Of a stretch of 64,000 nucleotides of DNA, positions 1 to 47,287 are shown in pieces. Source of the DNA: a bacterium (GTDB taxonomy: Bacteria > UBA8248); the NCBI GenBank assembly GCA_965213685.1, contig CBDBZY010000002.1, positions 46,472 to 110,471 of the forward strand. The letters are read 5' to 3'. Each line of letters starts with the position of its first letter. The first letter of the stretch is position 1. Made by a program: the position numbers and the translations under genes. The notes under the pieces were generated by a model that ran no database searches, was not told the DNA's origin, and saw only the letters and a list, made by a program, of their open reading frames with translations.

Positions 1-6033
<6,033 letters not shown>

Positions 6034-6038
6034 TCTCT

Positions 6039-6101
<63 letters not shown>

Positions 6102-6104
6102 TCT

Positions 6105-6173
<69 letters not shown>

Positions 6174-6412
6174 TCCCTCTCCCTCTCCCTCTCCCCCCCC
6201 CCCCTCTCCATCCCCTCGCACACCTCATATGTGACATGTATATACAGTTTTTATTCTGACAATGTGTCCATATACATGTATACATCAGCAATGAGACAGA
6301 TACACAGTCACACAATGGACATCATAATAAATGCATGCACAATAATATGCTTATAGAGTACGTGCTACAATAGCATGCCTATATGTGTGTGTATACATAG
6401 TACAGCTGTTGC

Positions 6413-9964
<3,552 letters not shown>

Positions 9965-10002
9965 AATGAGCTCCAGTGTTTTGTATTGCATCCATGCAGC
10001 TC

Positions 10003-10016
10003 GTAGCCATAGTAAC
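10003..10016. promoter_or_regulatory. RFX X-box in the ZBBX/TSC22 divergent promoter
   Basis: GTAGCCATAGTAAC fits the X-box consensus and lies ~40 bp upstream of the proposed ZBBX ATG. ZBBX is a cilia-associated gene. Confidence 0.65.
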
Positions 10017-10539
10017 AAACACAGCAACGTGATGAAATTACATTGCCACTTTTAATTAGAATACCATGCGTCAAAAGATTACGTAATAATTATTTCGCGT
10101 AACATAATGAACAGGGACATACTCACAGTTGCCGGTGACATCATATCATTTTATCCCCGGGGTCTCTGGGGCCGGGGTGGAGAAATCTACGAGAACGGGT
10201 ATCCGATTCGTGAACTGCGAGTGGAGTGTTTGGCCCGACGCGCCCATTGAGAACCACACGACGAGGACGACGGCACGGGAAAAGGCGCGGCAGTGTCTGG
10301 CTGTTGTTGAATAGGCGTTCACCCGTAGGTCGAGAGCGCGGTGAGCCGGAGGAATTGTTCCAGTGACGCTACTATCGACTCCCTCCCCCCCCCACCCACG
10401 AACACCATACCGCAACGCCATTGTGTTTCAAGTTGACTAGCAGAATTTTGCGTCGCCGTGAAAGATTAGAGTCGTATTGTAACTGTATCGGAAGTTATGC
10501 CCGTCCGCATTGCAGCTAGCTGCTACGTTTGTTCAGAAC

Positions 10540-20852
<10,313 letters not shown>

Positions 20853-21199
20853 CACTGTCATTCGTAGGCTGTCATGCATAGGTTTATGTCCTTGTATGAT
20901 ATCATTGTCTGTGGTATGTAATGAGAATACTGTTAGTTATTAATGTTAGTGTGGAAATATTTCAGTAGTGCGTGTAATGTACAATGTACTGTTTGTGTGT
21001 AATGTGCTGTTTTATATGTTCTGTGTCTTCCTGCTCAACTTACCAGACAAATTTATCTCCCCTTGTTGTAAAATTCCTCCCTACCCCTCCTCGATATTGT
21101 GTGTGTTGAACTGCAACTGCTGTCACTCACAATCACCAAGTTGAATCTTTTACTAATTTACTATGGCAGGGAGGGAGAGAGACAGAGAGGGAGAGGGGA

Positions 21200-21300
21200 G
21201 AGGGTAAGGTCAAGGTACATTTCAGCTTGGCTCTGAAGAACTTTTTGGAGGTCAACCTGAGTGACAGGGGAGGGAGATTGCCAGAGAGAGAGAGAGAGAA
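21200..21300 (-). pseudogene. Inverted copy of the acceptor and first ~60 nt of exon 6 of the BAR-like gene (source ~57790-57871)
   Basis: Reverse complement TCACTCAGGTTGACCTCCAAAAAGTTCTTCAGAGCCAAGCTGAAATGTACCTTGACCTTACCCTC versus source TCACTCAGGTTGACCTCCTCAAAAAAGGTCTTCAGAGCCAAGCTGAAATGTACCTTGACCTTACCCTC. Confidence 0.9.
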
Positions 21301-21540
21301 TGTAATGGAAGGAGGGAAGAATAGACACATGGAATGTGGGAGTAAGGGAAAGGAGACAGGGGGTATGAGCCATTGGGATCATTCCACGTACACATTAAAA
21401 GTTACCTTTAAAAAACTGAGTCATATAGTACAGCACATTGCAATACATACACAACTTTAATACTCACAACACAACAATAGTATATAGACAGAAAAAATGA
21501 AACAGAATATGTGAGCAGTCATGGTGAATGGTTTGAAGCC

Positions 21541-23773
<2,233 letters not shown>

Positions 23774-23911
23774 CTTGTCTGCTCACAACTCGTCTCAAAG
23801 CTAGGAAGCTAAGCAAACCGCGGTGTATGACGTCATAAACTGGTCTCCAACCCGTTCCGATTAGGGTCGAGTTACGATGACCTTTGACCCCAGTTGAATT
23901 TGCAGTTCGGT
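23774..23911. promoter_or_regulatory. 138-bp bidirectional promoter shared by RTF2 and ZNHIT1, with a palindromic CRE
   Basis: Divergent ATGs at 23773 (-) and 23912 (+). TGACGTCA at 23828-23835. Confidence 0.75.
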
Positions 23912-26351
<2,440 letters not shown>

Positions 26352-29300
26352 TATTTTGTATAATACCCAATACTATTGTCTGTCTTGTTTATATCATGCC
26401 TTTGCCACATATGCACAGTCATGTACATGATTTAAATAATTGAAACACATAACAAAACAAGGCAAAACAAGGCAACAACTGAGACAGCTCACTTTCTCTT
26501 CTTTTCAAAGAAAAAGTGAGCTGCCCCAGGTGGGACTCGAACCCACATTACTGTTTCAGTGCTCTGTCCACTCGAAGCAGCTCAGTATGTACATGTATAT
26601 CTATGCATAATTGGTATCTTCATGAGTATACAGAAATGTCTGCTGAGGTTTCATGCACGTAACTATTGTTTTCGTTCTAAGGGACTTCACCATGCTTTAT
26701 AAGGAACGCGCTAAGGACATCCCACATTACGTTTGCGTATATTCACCGCGGTGAATGCTGTCAGCGTGATATTAAGTGTTAGCAGCTCGCTGGGGTTCCA
26801 CCTGGGTCTCTCCCGACTGGCCTTATGGAACAGCATTCACACACACAAGAGCTGTACATATAAATAGCTTGCATTGCGCTACACTTCACTCAGGCGTAGA
26901 CACTAGTCGCTAGTTATGAACAGGCTGCTATTCAAGCGTGTTTATAGGCAGAGATGGCCCATGGTGGCATGTCACACATAAGGTGCAGTATTCTCAGTAT
27001 TTGTGTGTGTGTGAAACGATGTATACTTGTTGGTGAACGTATAGGATACACTGTAAGCGCCTATACGGTAACTGAGTAGTTCAAGGCGTCTCAGACTGTG
27101 AGGCATTGCCTCCGAAGCGAGCATTGAATAACAGCAGTAGTGGAAGGTGGTACATGCTCAACAGCAAAGTCTATGTACCATAAACTGAGTGTGTTGAGGT
27201 CAGGGGTTACAGTTACTGTGAAGATGAAACGGGTAAGTTTTTTTTGAAATATGAAAGTGCTGACTGCTGCCATGGTGACTAGTGATAATTACTAGGTATC
27301 TTGGCCTCAAAGTTGATGTCAAAGTGACTCTAGCTCATCTGTTCACCTTCATCTTAGCCTTCAAAGTTGATACGAAAGATAATGTACACTCATCACTTCA
27401 CTCAGAACTGCCTCATTTTTAGATGACCTCACAGGATCTTCCCCTTGTGAATATGTTAGTATGTTAATGTCAGGGTCTTACCCACAGAACCGTATTCATA
27501 CATCTCACTATCAGCTGCAAGAGTTTAGCTAATTGCTAACCAGAAGTGGTACTGCTAGTCATGGCATTGTCATTACACTGCACATCAAACTAGCTAACTA
27601 CAGAGCACATCACCTCTACTATGCCCACTCACTTCTAAATGATCTATGTTATTGTGATTTACTATATACTCAAAGACAGCTAATAAAGAGTGTAGGCAGG
27701 AGAAAAGTAGTGCATGTAGCCATACTCTTTCACATGTGTGCCTGAATGTGTCTTTGACACACATACAAAGATAGTACGATAACTTGTTTTGTTCACTTTC
27801 AGAGTGTGCAACTGTAGGTCACGTTATCTGCACCACATGCACAGCTGTGGCTTCATGAATATCTCTATCGTCCCTGTAGGTAAATGACAGAGGGCTACCC
27901 AGCACAGCTGCACACACATCTGTGCATCATACAGATGCGTGATGACACTCCACTGCTGAATCTCATCAATTCACATTTCCTCCTCCTCTTCCAGGAACTC
28001 ACACCCTGACACTTGCTCTACTAACAACTGTGAATGAAGTTAGTACATCCATAAGTGGTACCTTGTTTATTTTGGATGGTTGAGTGTATTCCAAGAGAAG
28101 AAGAGTGAATATTAAAAGAGGCCTGAAAACACCTGCTCACTCTTACCCACCTGAGCCATCCCAGAGCCATCCCACCTGCATGTCAGCACCTGCTGCTCAT
28201 GATTATCCAAGTACAGGACATTGCTAGTGGTGAGAGAGTCACGGCTGCTCGGAAGGAGTGTCCATACTCCTCCATGTGTGTACACCTGCACAGCATTCTT
28301 GGCACCAATCCTAAGAATGCAGTAAAAATGAATCCAATTCTCTTTCAAGGACATGCTACGCACTATGTGTAGAAGTATACAATTCTGTGAGTTGAAAATT
28401 TTCTTCTGTGTGGAAGTATAGACCATTTTAGCAACTTGGAAATTTTCATCTTGGATTAATTCTCAATGTAAGTATTGCTAGTAAGGAGTAATGCAAGAGT
28501 TATGCCAAATAGAATGAGATGGGAATAAAGTGTGCAAAGTCTATGTGACTGTGAGTGCAGAAGTCACCGATGACTGATAGCGTACTGAAGAATTGAAATT
28601 GGGGTCTGGAACAAGGAGAGATAATTGTTATGCTGAAACATTGCACAACAGATGTGTAAACCTTTGTAACATGGATATGGTCACTATGAGTTTGCAAAAC
28701 CAAGTTACTGAAGAAAGGTCAGTACATGTGCACATGTATATTGAATACTCCAGTTATTGCTTTGTGGTCAAGGCTGACTACAGGTCTTTGGACAAGCTAA
28801 ACTCCCACACATACTAAAAAAGGATTAATAAAAAAATGCTTGCTCACACCAATTAATTAGTGATGGACAAGAAAACAAGGCGTTTGTGTGATATGAACAT
28901 GTCAACATGGCACCAATGATTTGATACCTCTCCAAATCATTTTGTTGAAAGTCTGCATCACTAGGAAAGGGAGAGCATCATTTGGACTTGAATGAATAAA
29001 TGAATCGGTGAATAATGACAGAATATTTATTAGGGCTAGGAAGGACAGCTGAACTTCAAAAGACACGCAGCTCTGAATACAATCGTAATAGTAGATAGAA
29101 TGTGTACGTGTACAAGGCAGTGGATTCATTGTTTAGCAGTAAGCTGTATGTGTGCATTTCACGTGTAAGTATGTGCATGCCTGTGTCGCTTTTGTTATCA
29201 TAAAGTTACTGGTAATGACTAATTAACAAACTAAATTTTGCATGCTTGCAATGCATACAGATGACTCAAATTCATCATTTAGCATGACATTGAACTTAAC

Positions 29301-30903
29301 TGCTCACCCACAACCTGGCATGTGACTCTGTACCTATAGGCAGAATATTTTTTATGTATCTTTTCTTGTGTCAACACAAGTCAGAATAGCAACTAAACTT
29401 AGCCATTTCAATGCATACAGAGATACACGTACATGTGTGCAGTCCAGTCCATTGCAGCTCTATGTATGTTCACACATGTAGTATACTTATACACTCAGTG
29501 AAGTATATAGCTAGGTGCATACATCATCAAACAAGCAACTTCAGACCATGATAGACACTATCTATTTATGTCTCCTTCATTCATAACTGCCTGTACACTC
29601 TGACCTTCCCCCGGGTCACTATTCATTATCACCTACTGAATATGCCATCCTCATTGTCACCAGGAGTGTGACTTAAATCTGAAAATATGTTAACATATGT
29701 TGAACATGAATGCAAAGTGGGTTACTTAGTTAGCAAGTAAATCCATTTAGTTTTCCTTCTAGAAAGTGACCTGGCTGACACGTCCAACTGGTACACACTA
29801 TGCTAGTGCAATACTATGAGGCATAGGCCCGTATTCAGGTGCATAGGCCCAGCATTGAGCTACTTAGTAGTCTGATGACTTGTTGCAGTTGCATGTGTAG
29901 CTCTGGAACAGGCAAACTGCCATCTATAGGATAGCAGGAATGCAGGAGTCCACAATGCGGTCACCTTGCACAGTATGGGAGACTAGCAGGCGCAGCGGGA
30001 CTTGTCTTCTGCTGTTTTAGGGCGCGTATATTAAAAACAAGGCGCCCTTGGGAGCTCACGTGCACCGCATATTACCGAAAATACTGAAGGCGAGTGCCAA
30101 CTTGCCCGCTCCTCAGGTCCTCTGTGCTGTGCTACGCCTGCAACGAGCCTGCAGCCATCTTGGTCACGTGCACTTTGACCCGTACCTGCAGCATTGTTTA
30201 TCTCGAGTTGCTCATGAAAATGCAAGAGATGAGAGGCTATAAGAGAGGAGTTTTGCAGCAAAATCCTCACTTTTCCAGCCAGACTCTCTTGGAAGGAAGC
30301 AGAGAAAACTCTACTGCAAAGAAGGCCCCTGGCAAGTAGACGTTTATGTATATATGCATGCACGGTAATTGCGTGGTGCATATAGCGAGCATACATGTTA
30401 GCATGCTCTTGAGTTTGCATTGTTCTCTCTTCCAGTTGCACTGCATGAGTTTGTGCTGGTGTTGACATAGCAATGTTTTCTCTACTTCTTGCATTTGAAG
30501 TGGCATATACTTACAATTTGTGGTCAAAATTTTGTGTCTTCTTCCCACATCCAGGACAACTTCTCCTCCCTACTACTGCAATTAGCTTATCAGCCTGCAA
30601 ACCACAGCCTCACAGCACAGCAGGTACTCACATACATGTCTGTGCAATGTTGGCATGCAATAACCATGCTGTGTGTCAGTCACTTACTCTGCACACTTCA
30701 GAGGTGAACTTTCTGACCTCATTGAAAGTTTACTTTGTGAATATCAAATGTCTTTGTCCACTTTCTAATGTTAGCATTGCCACACATAATTATGCCTTGC
30801 GCTATTGTGTCTATTATCTGAATGTAGTTGTTTGCACAGTCTTTACTTTCTGCATAGCTGTGTGCTGCTCTACTTCTATCTATCTCCCTCCCACTTCAGA
30901 AAC

Positions 30904-32367
30904 ATGAGCAGTTCCGAGAAAGGCCAACTGCAGTCCCTCCTGGAGTCCCCAGCTCACCAAGCCCAAAGCCACAAGAGAAGGAGGACTTCTATTTTCCTGG
31001 GAGTCCTCTCTGTGGTGGCTCTCGTTGCAGCTCTTGGTGTGTGTGGAGCTCTGCTTTATGCCAAGCACACAGAGCCCAGTTCAGCTGCCAAAATCAAACC
31101 AGTGGAAAGCAATCATCTTCAACAACGAAACATAGTATGTATTAACATATATGCATATGTATTTGCATTTTCCAGCATACTATGAATAGAGACTCTCTGA
31201 TCATGAATTTTACATCATTGTTTATTTTAATGGGGATCTTGCAAAATTCACAATTTTGAAGAACAGCTGACCTCTGAGGATTAAGTAGTTTGTACGTGTG
31301 TGCCATGTTACATCCTGTGTTGTATCATTTCAAACAAACATCTCTTTTGTTTTCAGGAGACTACCCAGGACGACAGTGACACTGGGAACCAGAGACTGAG
31401 AAACAAACGCAAAATCCCACCTCCCGCTGGTAAATATGACTAGGTACCAGTCCTAACTTTTGCATGCAATAATTTATTGTATATAATTGCATAGGAACAA
31501 TAATCAGCCCTGTCCCCACAAGCAGTGATGGATCATGTGAATCAACAGAAACTGAATCAGTAAGCAAAAAAAATAACTGCACTTTGTGCACTGTAATATT
31601 GAATCATTATTGTCCATTAGAATGTGCCTGCAGCTCATGTCAAGGGACATGGCATACAAAGAGGGAAATGGATTCAGTCAACCAGAGACAGTGGTATGTC
31701 CAAAAATTAGTTCTCAGGCACACTGAACTAAAGATGCATGTATGTACGACACTCAAGTTGAGATGACAGGCTGCACTCATTTCTGTATACAAGATTCTCT
31801 AAGGAATTCATTTAATCGCTGGTGTGCCCCTCTGTGCATGTAGGTTCAGTTGTTCCAGGCTACCAGCAGCGATGGATATGCAATGACGTGTATGATGGAA
31901 ACCATCCTGGCAGGGAGCAAGCATTTGTGGATGGAGGAGTGTGGTTCAACCAAACTGACAAGTCAATATACGTCCCCACTTGTGGCTACTACCACGTTTA
32001 TAGCCAGATTCTCTTTGTGCTGTCAGAGCGCCCACAAACAGATCCAGAGAGTGTGACAGTCTACCATAACCTTAAGATCAAAACCAACTGCAGTACTGCA
32101 CGTGACACTGGACCCATCCAACTCCAAGCCAAGGCATCTATTACTCTAAGTGAAAACCATGACGGCGGAATAACAACCACATACACTTCTGACGTCGTGT
32201 ATCTGTGTGAGGGTGGGCACGTGTGGATCGAGATACCAGACGGTGAGAATGGAGTTCCGTGCTGCCCGAGGGGAGAGGAGAGTGGGACGTTCATGGGACT
32301 TGCTCTGGTTGCCAGTGCACCATGCTCTAGCTGGCCTCCGACCATCACCATGACACATGCCTACTGA
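30904..32367 (+). CDS. TNF superfamily ligand 1 (type II membrane protein). Approximate exons 30904-31134, 31338-31410, 31495-31559, 31621-31693, 31844-32367
   Basis: Basic stretch plus TM IFLGVLSVVALVAALGVCGALLY; stalk with RNKR; strand A PAAHVKG; W..GGVWF..IYVPTCGYYHVYSQILF; terminal TFMGLALV. Confidence 0.85.
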
Positions 32368-33438
32368 AAACTGTACTAAAATGACCACCATTTTCACATG
32401 TTTACTGTACTCTGTAAATGTATACGTATGTTGTGTGCTTTTTGTGACTATTTCAATCTCTGCCCCCCAATGCTTTTATTGTCAGAACATTAAATTTCAT
32501 TGTACATACTGAAGGTGTACTAAAGGTGTTGTGTATACACTGTATTTGTTATATGTCCCTTTGTAATGTATGACTGTTACACAATGATACCAGCACCTAA
32601 TAAGGTGTTCATGCATAAGAACTGATTGTGCATTCCATATATGCCCTCCACTGAGTCTGCCCCACCCAAACGTTTCTGGAAGTATGAATGTTCAATGCAT
32701 GGGAACATTTGCACATAGAGCATGTGTGTATGTGGCTAGGGATTAGAACCAGAATGTGTATATTCATCCCTAGCTTGCAGTGTTTCTTGTAGGGTTGATG
32801 CAGACACACCCATCCACTGGTGGGCGTACCACTTACCGTCCAATTGTTGTCTGTCAAAACACTGAAACTAGTAGTTATTACAGTAACCATTAGTAGACTG
32901 AATGTAACCTTTCACTAATTGTATAGTCTATAAAAATTATGTACTGGAGGATTAACATTATTCATGACCCATACTTCTCAGAATTTGATAGGAGATATAT
33001 ATATTGTATGTACTGTGTACATTTATTATAATATTATGCGAATTAGTCGAGTACTATTCCTGGAAGAAAGCAGCAGACTACCAGTATGTGCTTGGTGGTT
33101 GTGCAGTGTGCCATTACAGATGGCCAACACTGATTCTAGTGCTACAAGTATCATATTAATCGCCACTTCAGTAACAGAACAAAGGTTTATTAATAGCTTC
33201 AAACTGAGAGCATATAATTACAGATATAACATATAATTACAGAATATAGGATGCACAACTTTCATTAGAAAGCAGATGACGTTTCATTGTTATATACAAT
33301 GGAAAACATTCATACAAACATTAACAGTAACTGTGATGACAAGCCTGGGGCAACCATACACAAATTAAAAACATGAGAGTTTACACACATCATTCTTTGC
33401 CATACTGTCGGAGTGTTCCTTAAGAGGTGAATAGGTCA

Positions 33439-34620
33439 TTAGCAATCAGCTTCAGCCACCAAATAAGCCGAGAGAGAAGTCACTGTTTCATCTCCATGAG
33501 GGCAGCAAGGATTTCCTTCTGGAATCTCGATCCAAATTCTGCCATTCTCGCATATTTTAACAATGTCTCCCACAATATTCGACGATCTAACATACATTGG
33601 GTCCTGACCATTGGTGCTCTCCACTGGTCCAATTGTAGTGTATCCAGAAAGAGAATAATCATTCTGGTCATAGCCCTCACAATTTCTATCTACCTTGAGT
33701 GTATGAAGGTAGTTCTGCAAATGAGTGTTGTCATCGCTTTGAAATAGAATTTGGCTGAACAGAGAGTACCAGCCACATTTTGGCACATAGAGGGACTTGT
33801 CTTCAGGCTGGTACCTCATTCCTCCTGACACAAAGGCAGGGGAGCCACTGCAGTCCCAATCAGTTGGGTACTGGGGACCATTTCTATTCCTTTTTCCAGT
33901 GCCCCACTGAAGTCCATGGCCCTTAAGGTGGGCTGCTGGAAGGGACTGAAGAAGAATAAGAAGGAGGAAGAGAAGACAGGAGGAGGAGGGAGAAGAAGGA
34001 GGAGGAGGGAGAAGGAGAAGGAGGAGGATAAAGGGAGGTAAATCTGGGGCAAATTCTAAATGTATAATTATGACCTACATCATTGCCAATTTCTGAGTCA
34101 CATGGGCTGCCAACTACATGGTAAAACAGATTAAAAAACAGGATAAAGTGATGTATCAAGCAATAACTAAAGTGGAAAGAGTGAGAGACAGAAGGATGAA
34201 GAACAAGAGAGAAGAAAGGGAACATGGTGAAGATGCGATTACCTCGTTGCGGCACAGCATGGGCCCGTGGTGGGAGTCGCTTGTTGCGGATAACTTCACT
34301 CTATAGAGTGAGACAGAAAGATGATCAAAGTAACAACATCTGAATTATGTCCTCTTTCAAATGTTTTGAAGTGACATTAACAGTTCTTTAGGGCGTACCT
34401 CACTGTCTTGGTCACTTGGCTGTGATACAGCTCTGGGTTGAACGTCTCTCCCTGATTTGGAGGTATTTGTCTTAACCAAGACAGCTGCACACACACCAAC
34501 CACCGCCACCATTCCAAGCAGCAAAACAACTGCAACAGCCACTTTCCACCTTCTGGCTACTGTGGAGAACAGAGAGCCAGGGGTAGACTGTGACTCTATA
34601 TCACTGCTGCTTGTGGACAT
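33439..34620 (-). CDS. TNF superfamily ligand 2, convergent paralog of ligand 1. Approximate exons 34620-34399, 34300-34243, 34113-34079, ~33945-33439
   Basis: TM VAVAVVLLLGMVAVVGVCAAVLV; RNKR; PAAHLKGHG; AFVSGGMRY..LYVPKCGWYSLFSQILF; NPCCPHGDETVTSLSAYLV, compare VPCCPRGEESGTFMGLALV in ligand 1. Confidence 0.85.
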
Positions 34621-37165
34621 TCTATGCAAAAGTGAGCAAGTTCAAGACAGAGAGAGAGGGAGAGAGAGAGAGCGAGAGAGTGAGAGAGAGGGGGGGGGAG
34701 AAAACACTAATAAATTATTGTATATGCAAGCAATACATCTATCCAATATGTTTGCCTTTCTTTATCTACAGATTTAGGTAGCTACATAATTTTGTATTCA
34801 CATGCACAATAGGTATAAGTCAACATGAAGTAGCTACTTGCATACATCATGCTGGGCGTCAAGAGAGCTTCTTACCTCAATTATTCTTCAGTTCTGTGGC
34901 CTGAAAGCAGGAAAAGATGTCCAGGACTGGCAATGCTGACTTAGCAGTGATGTTTCTGGCTGGAGCTTGCAGCTCAAAATGAACTGAGTGGCAGAGGCTG
35001 AGCATCCTTTTTATGCGCTCACCCTCAAACGTACTATAATACTATCTGGAGGGTTTTCAAAACTGGAATTGAAAACTGAATTCCCCAGTACCTTCAGGGG
35101 AAGGTCTGCATGGCTTCTACCATACCTGGAAGGGGGAGTGTTGTGAACTCTCCAGGAAGTGACATAAGGGTAATTCCTCTTGTTTGAAGGGATGGATTCT
35201 GCTTATCTTCAATCTACTATATAGTTTTTATTCCAAGATGATAATCATTGCTATAGAGTGGGGATGGGGAACTGCAGCTGTTTTTGATGATGTCACCTAC
35301 CCATAGAGAGTAGTAGTCTCCTAGGGTTACAACTGTCTCATTCATGGAGGTCCAGTATAGTTTTCTGTAATAGGAAGCGTCTTCCTTTGACACGACACCC
35401 CTGACAAAAAAAAATAACCTTTTCATCATTCAGTTCACTGGAAGACGCTGGTAACAGTGTAGTATACTGGTACATATAATTGGTGGTTCTGAATTTTTCA
35501 TGGAAGCTGCATAGCCACATGTGATTGTACATTACATGTAACTTTGTAATTTTCTGCATTCTCTGCTGAATAGTTGAATACTTTTCCAGTTGAGAACAGT
35601 AAAGAACCTCGGGCTGATATAGGAATCGTCAACAAACATTTTCATGTCTCAGATGATTGCAAACTGTGTGTATGTTTGTTTTTGTTTCATTCACTAGACA
35701 CACAAACAGTGCAGGTACACACAGCCTTTCCCTTAGATCACCTGCTATGATAACACATGACTGGGAATATCCAAGAATGACCTTCAGGATGTATTACCTC
35801 ATCATTTAAACATGCACACAGATTCACTTGTGTAAGCAACCACCACCATCATGTATATACTTATATACTTGTCATTCATCATAACATCATGTTCTTAGAC
35901 TTGAACATTTCCCCCACTGTATAATATGACCATTTATGGGACCACAAGGTGCTTACCCAACTTGGAAATATCTTGCCCACCTGACCTGCCTGTATACACT
36001 TCATAATCATATTCACTGCATGGGAACTGGGCCCTATGAAAGACTACATATAAGGAGCCCTTAAAGCTTTAGCTTTGTTACATGTACCTTATTTTCAACA
36101 TTGCTTCCTGGCAGACTCAGTGAACTGGGCATGGCAGAATGTAACCATTTTCATTTTGACAGTACTAACGTTACACTTTCCAGTACTTGGAACTACTGCA
36201 GGCCTTGTAGCTGCAGTCAGCTATCCTTGGCTCTGTCAGTGTACACTGAATAGGGCTAAGACTGAGTTCATGAGGTCCCATACATACCTGGCCCATCATG
36301 TTCATGCATCTCATGTTCACGTATCAGTTATTCCATGTTGTCGTCATATACATGCATACTAGCTATCAGGGCTCACATGAAACATAGCCTTCATGGTAAG
36401 AAATAGAGTCAGCTTAAAAGCTATATAGTATGCCAACAGCACTCAATTGAACTAGTAGAATTGGTATACTACACAGCATAGGAAGACACTATAAGACTCT
36501 ATAGAGGCTATTACAGACAGAGAGCTTGAAAATAAAACTCACTGTCCATCCCACCTGGCCATCTTTACCACTTCTCTGCCACTAGTTCTCTTGCTAACGA
36601 ATGACTGAAGTGGTTCAACCCAAGCTATACGTACATACAATACATATCACAGCACGGGGGTTTCCCAAGGAAATACCCATGGTAATTCCCACATTTCCTG
36701 CTAAGGTCGACACTTGCTACAGCATTGACCTCTTCATATCTACACTGCTATCTTGTAGTGTAATGGACACCGTGCAATCTTTGTGGAAAAAAACTATCAT
36801 CCCTAACTTATGGCTAGCATGAGGACACTTAACTGTTACCATAGCAACATGGCTGGTTATATACTGCTGTTCATGCAAATGATTCAATTTTTGGTATAAT
36901 AATGCTTGTGTTATTAAAAATTTGTTGATGAAAAAATAGCTCGTCTATGTAATCTATGCTGATTTGAAAATCTGAATACAGATGACAATTGAAACACAAC
37001 TAACACACATTCTACATGATAAGTACACACTTATACATAAGACCTTAACACAACCAACACAAAATTAGCAACACACACAATACTGAATCGTGACCAATGA
37101 ATACAGAACTACAACTGAGCTGCAAATGCTACAGAGATACTGAACTACTACAACCTGGTGTCATG

Positions 37166-47194
<10,029 letters not shown>

Positions 47195-47210
47195 TGAGAG
47201 ATGTGTGGCT

Positions 47211-47287
<77 letters not shown>

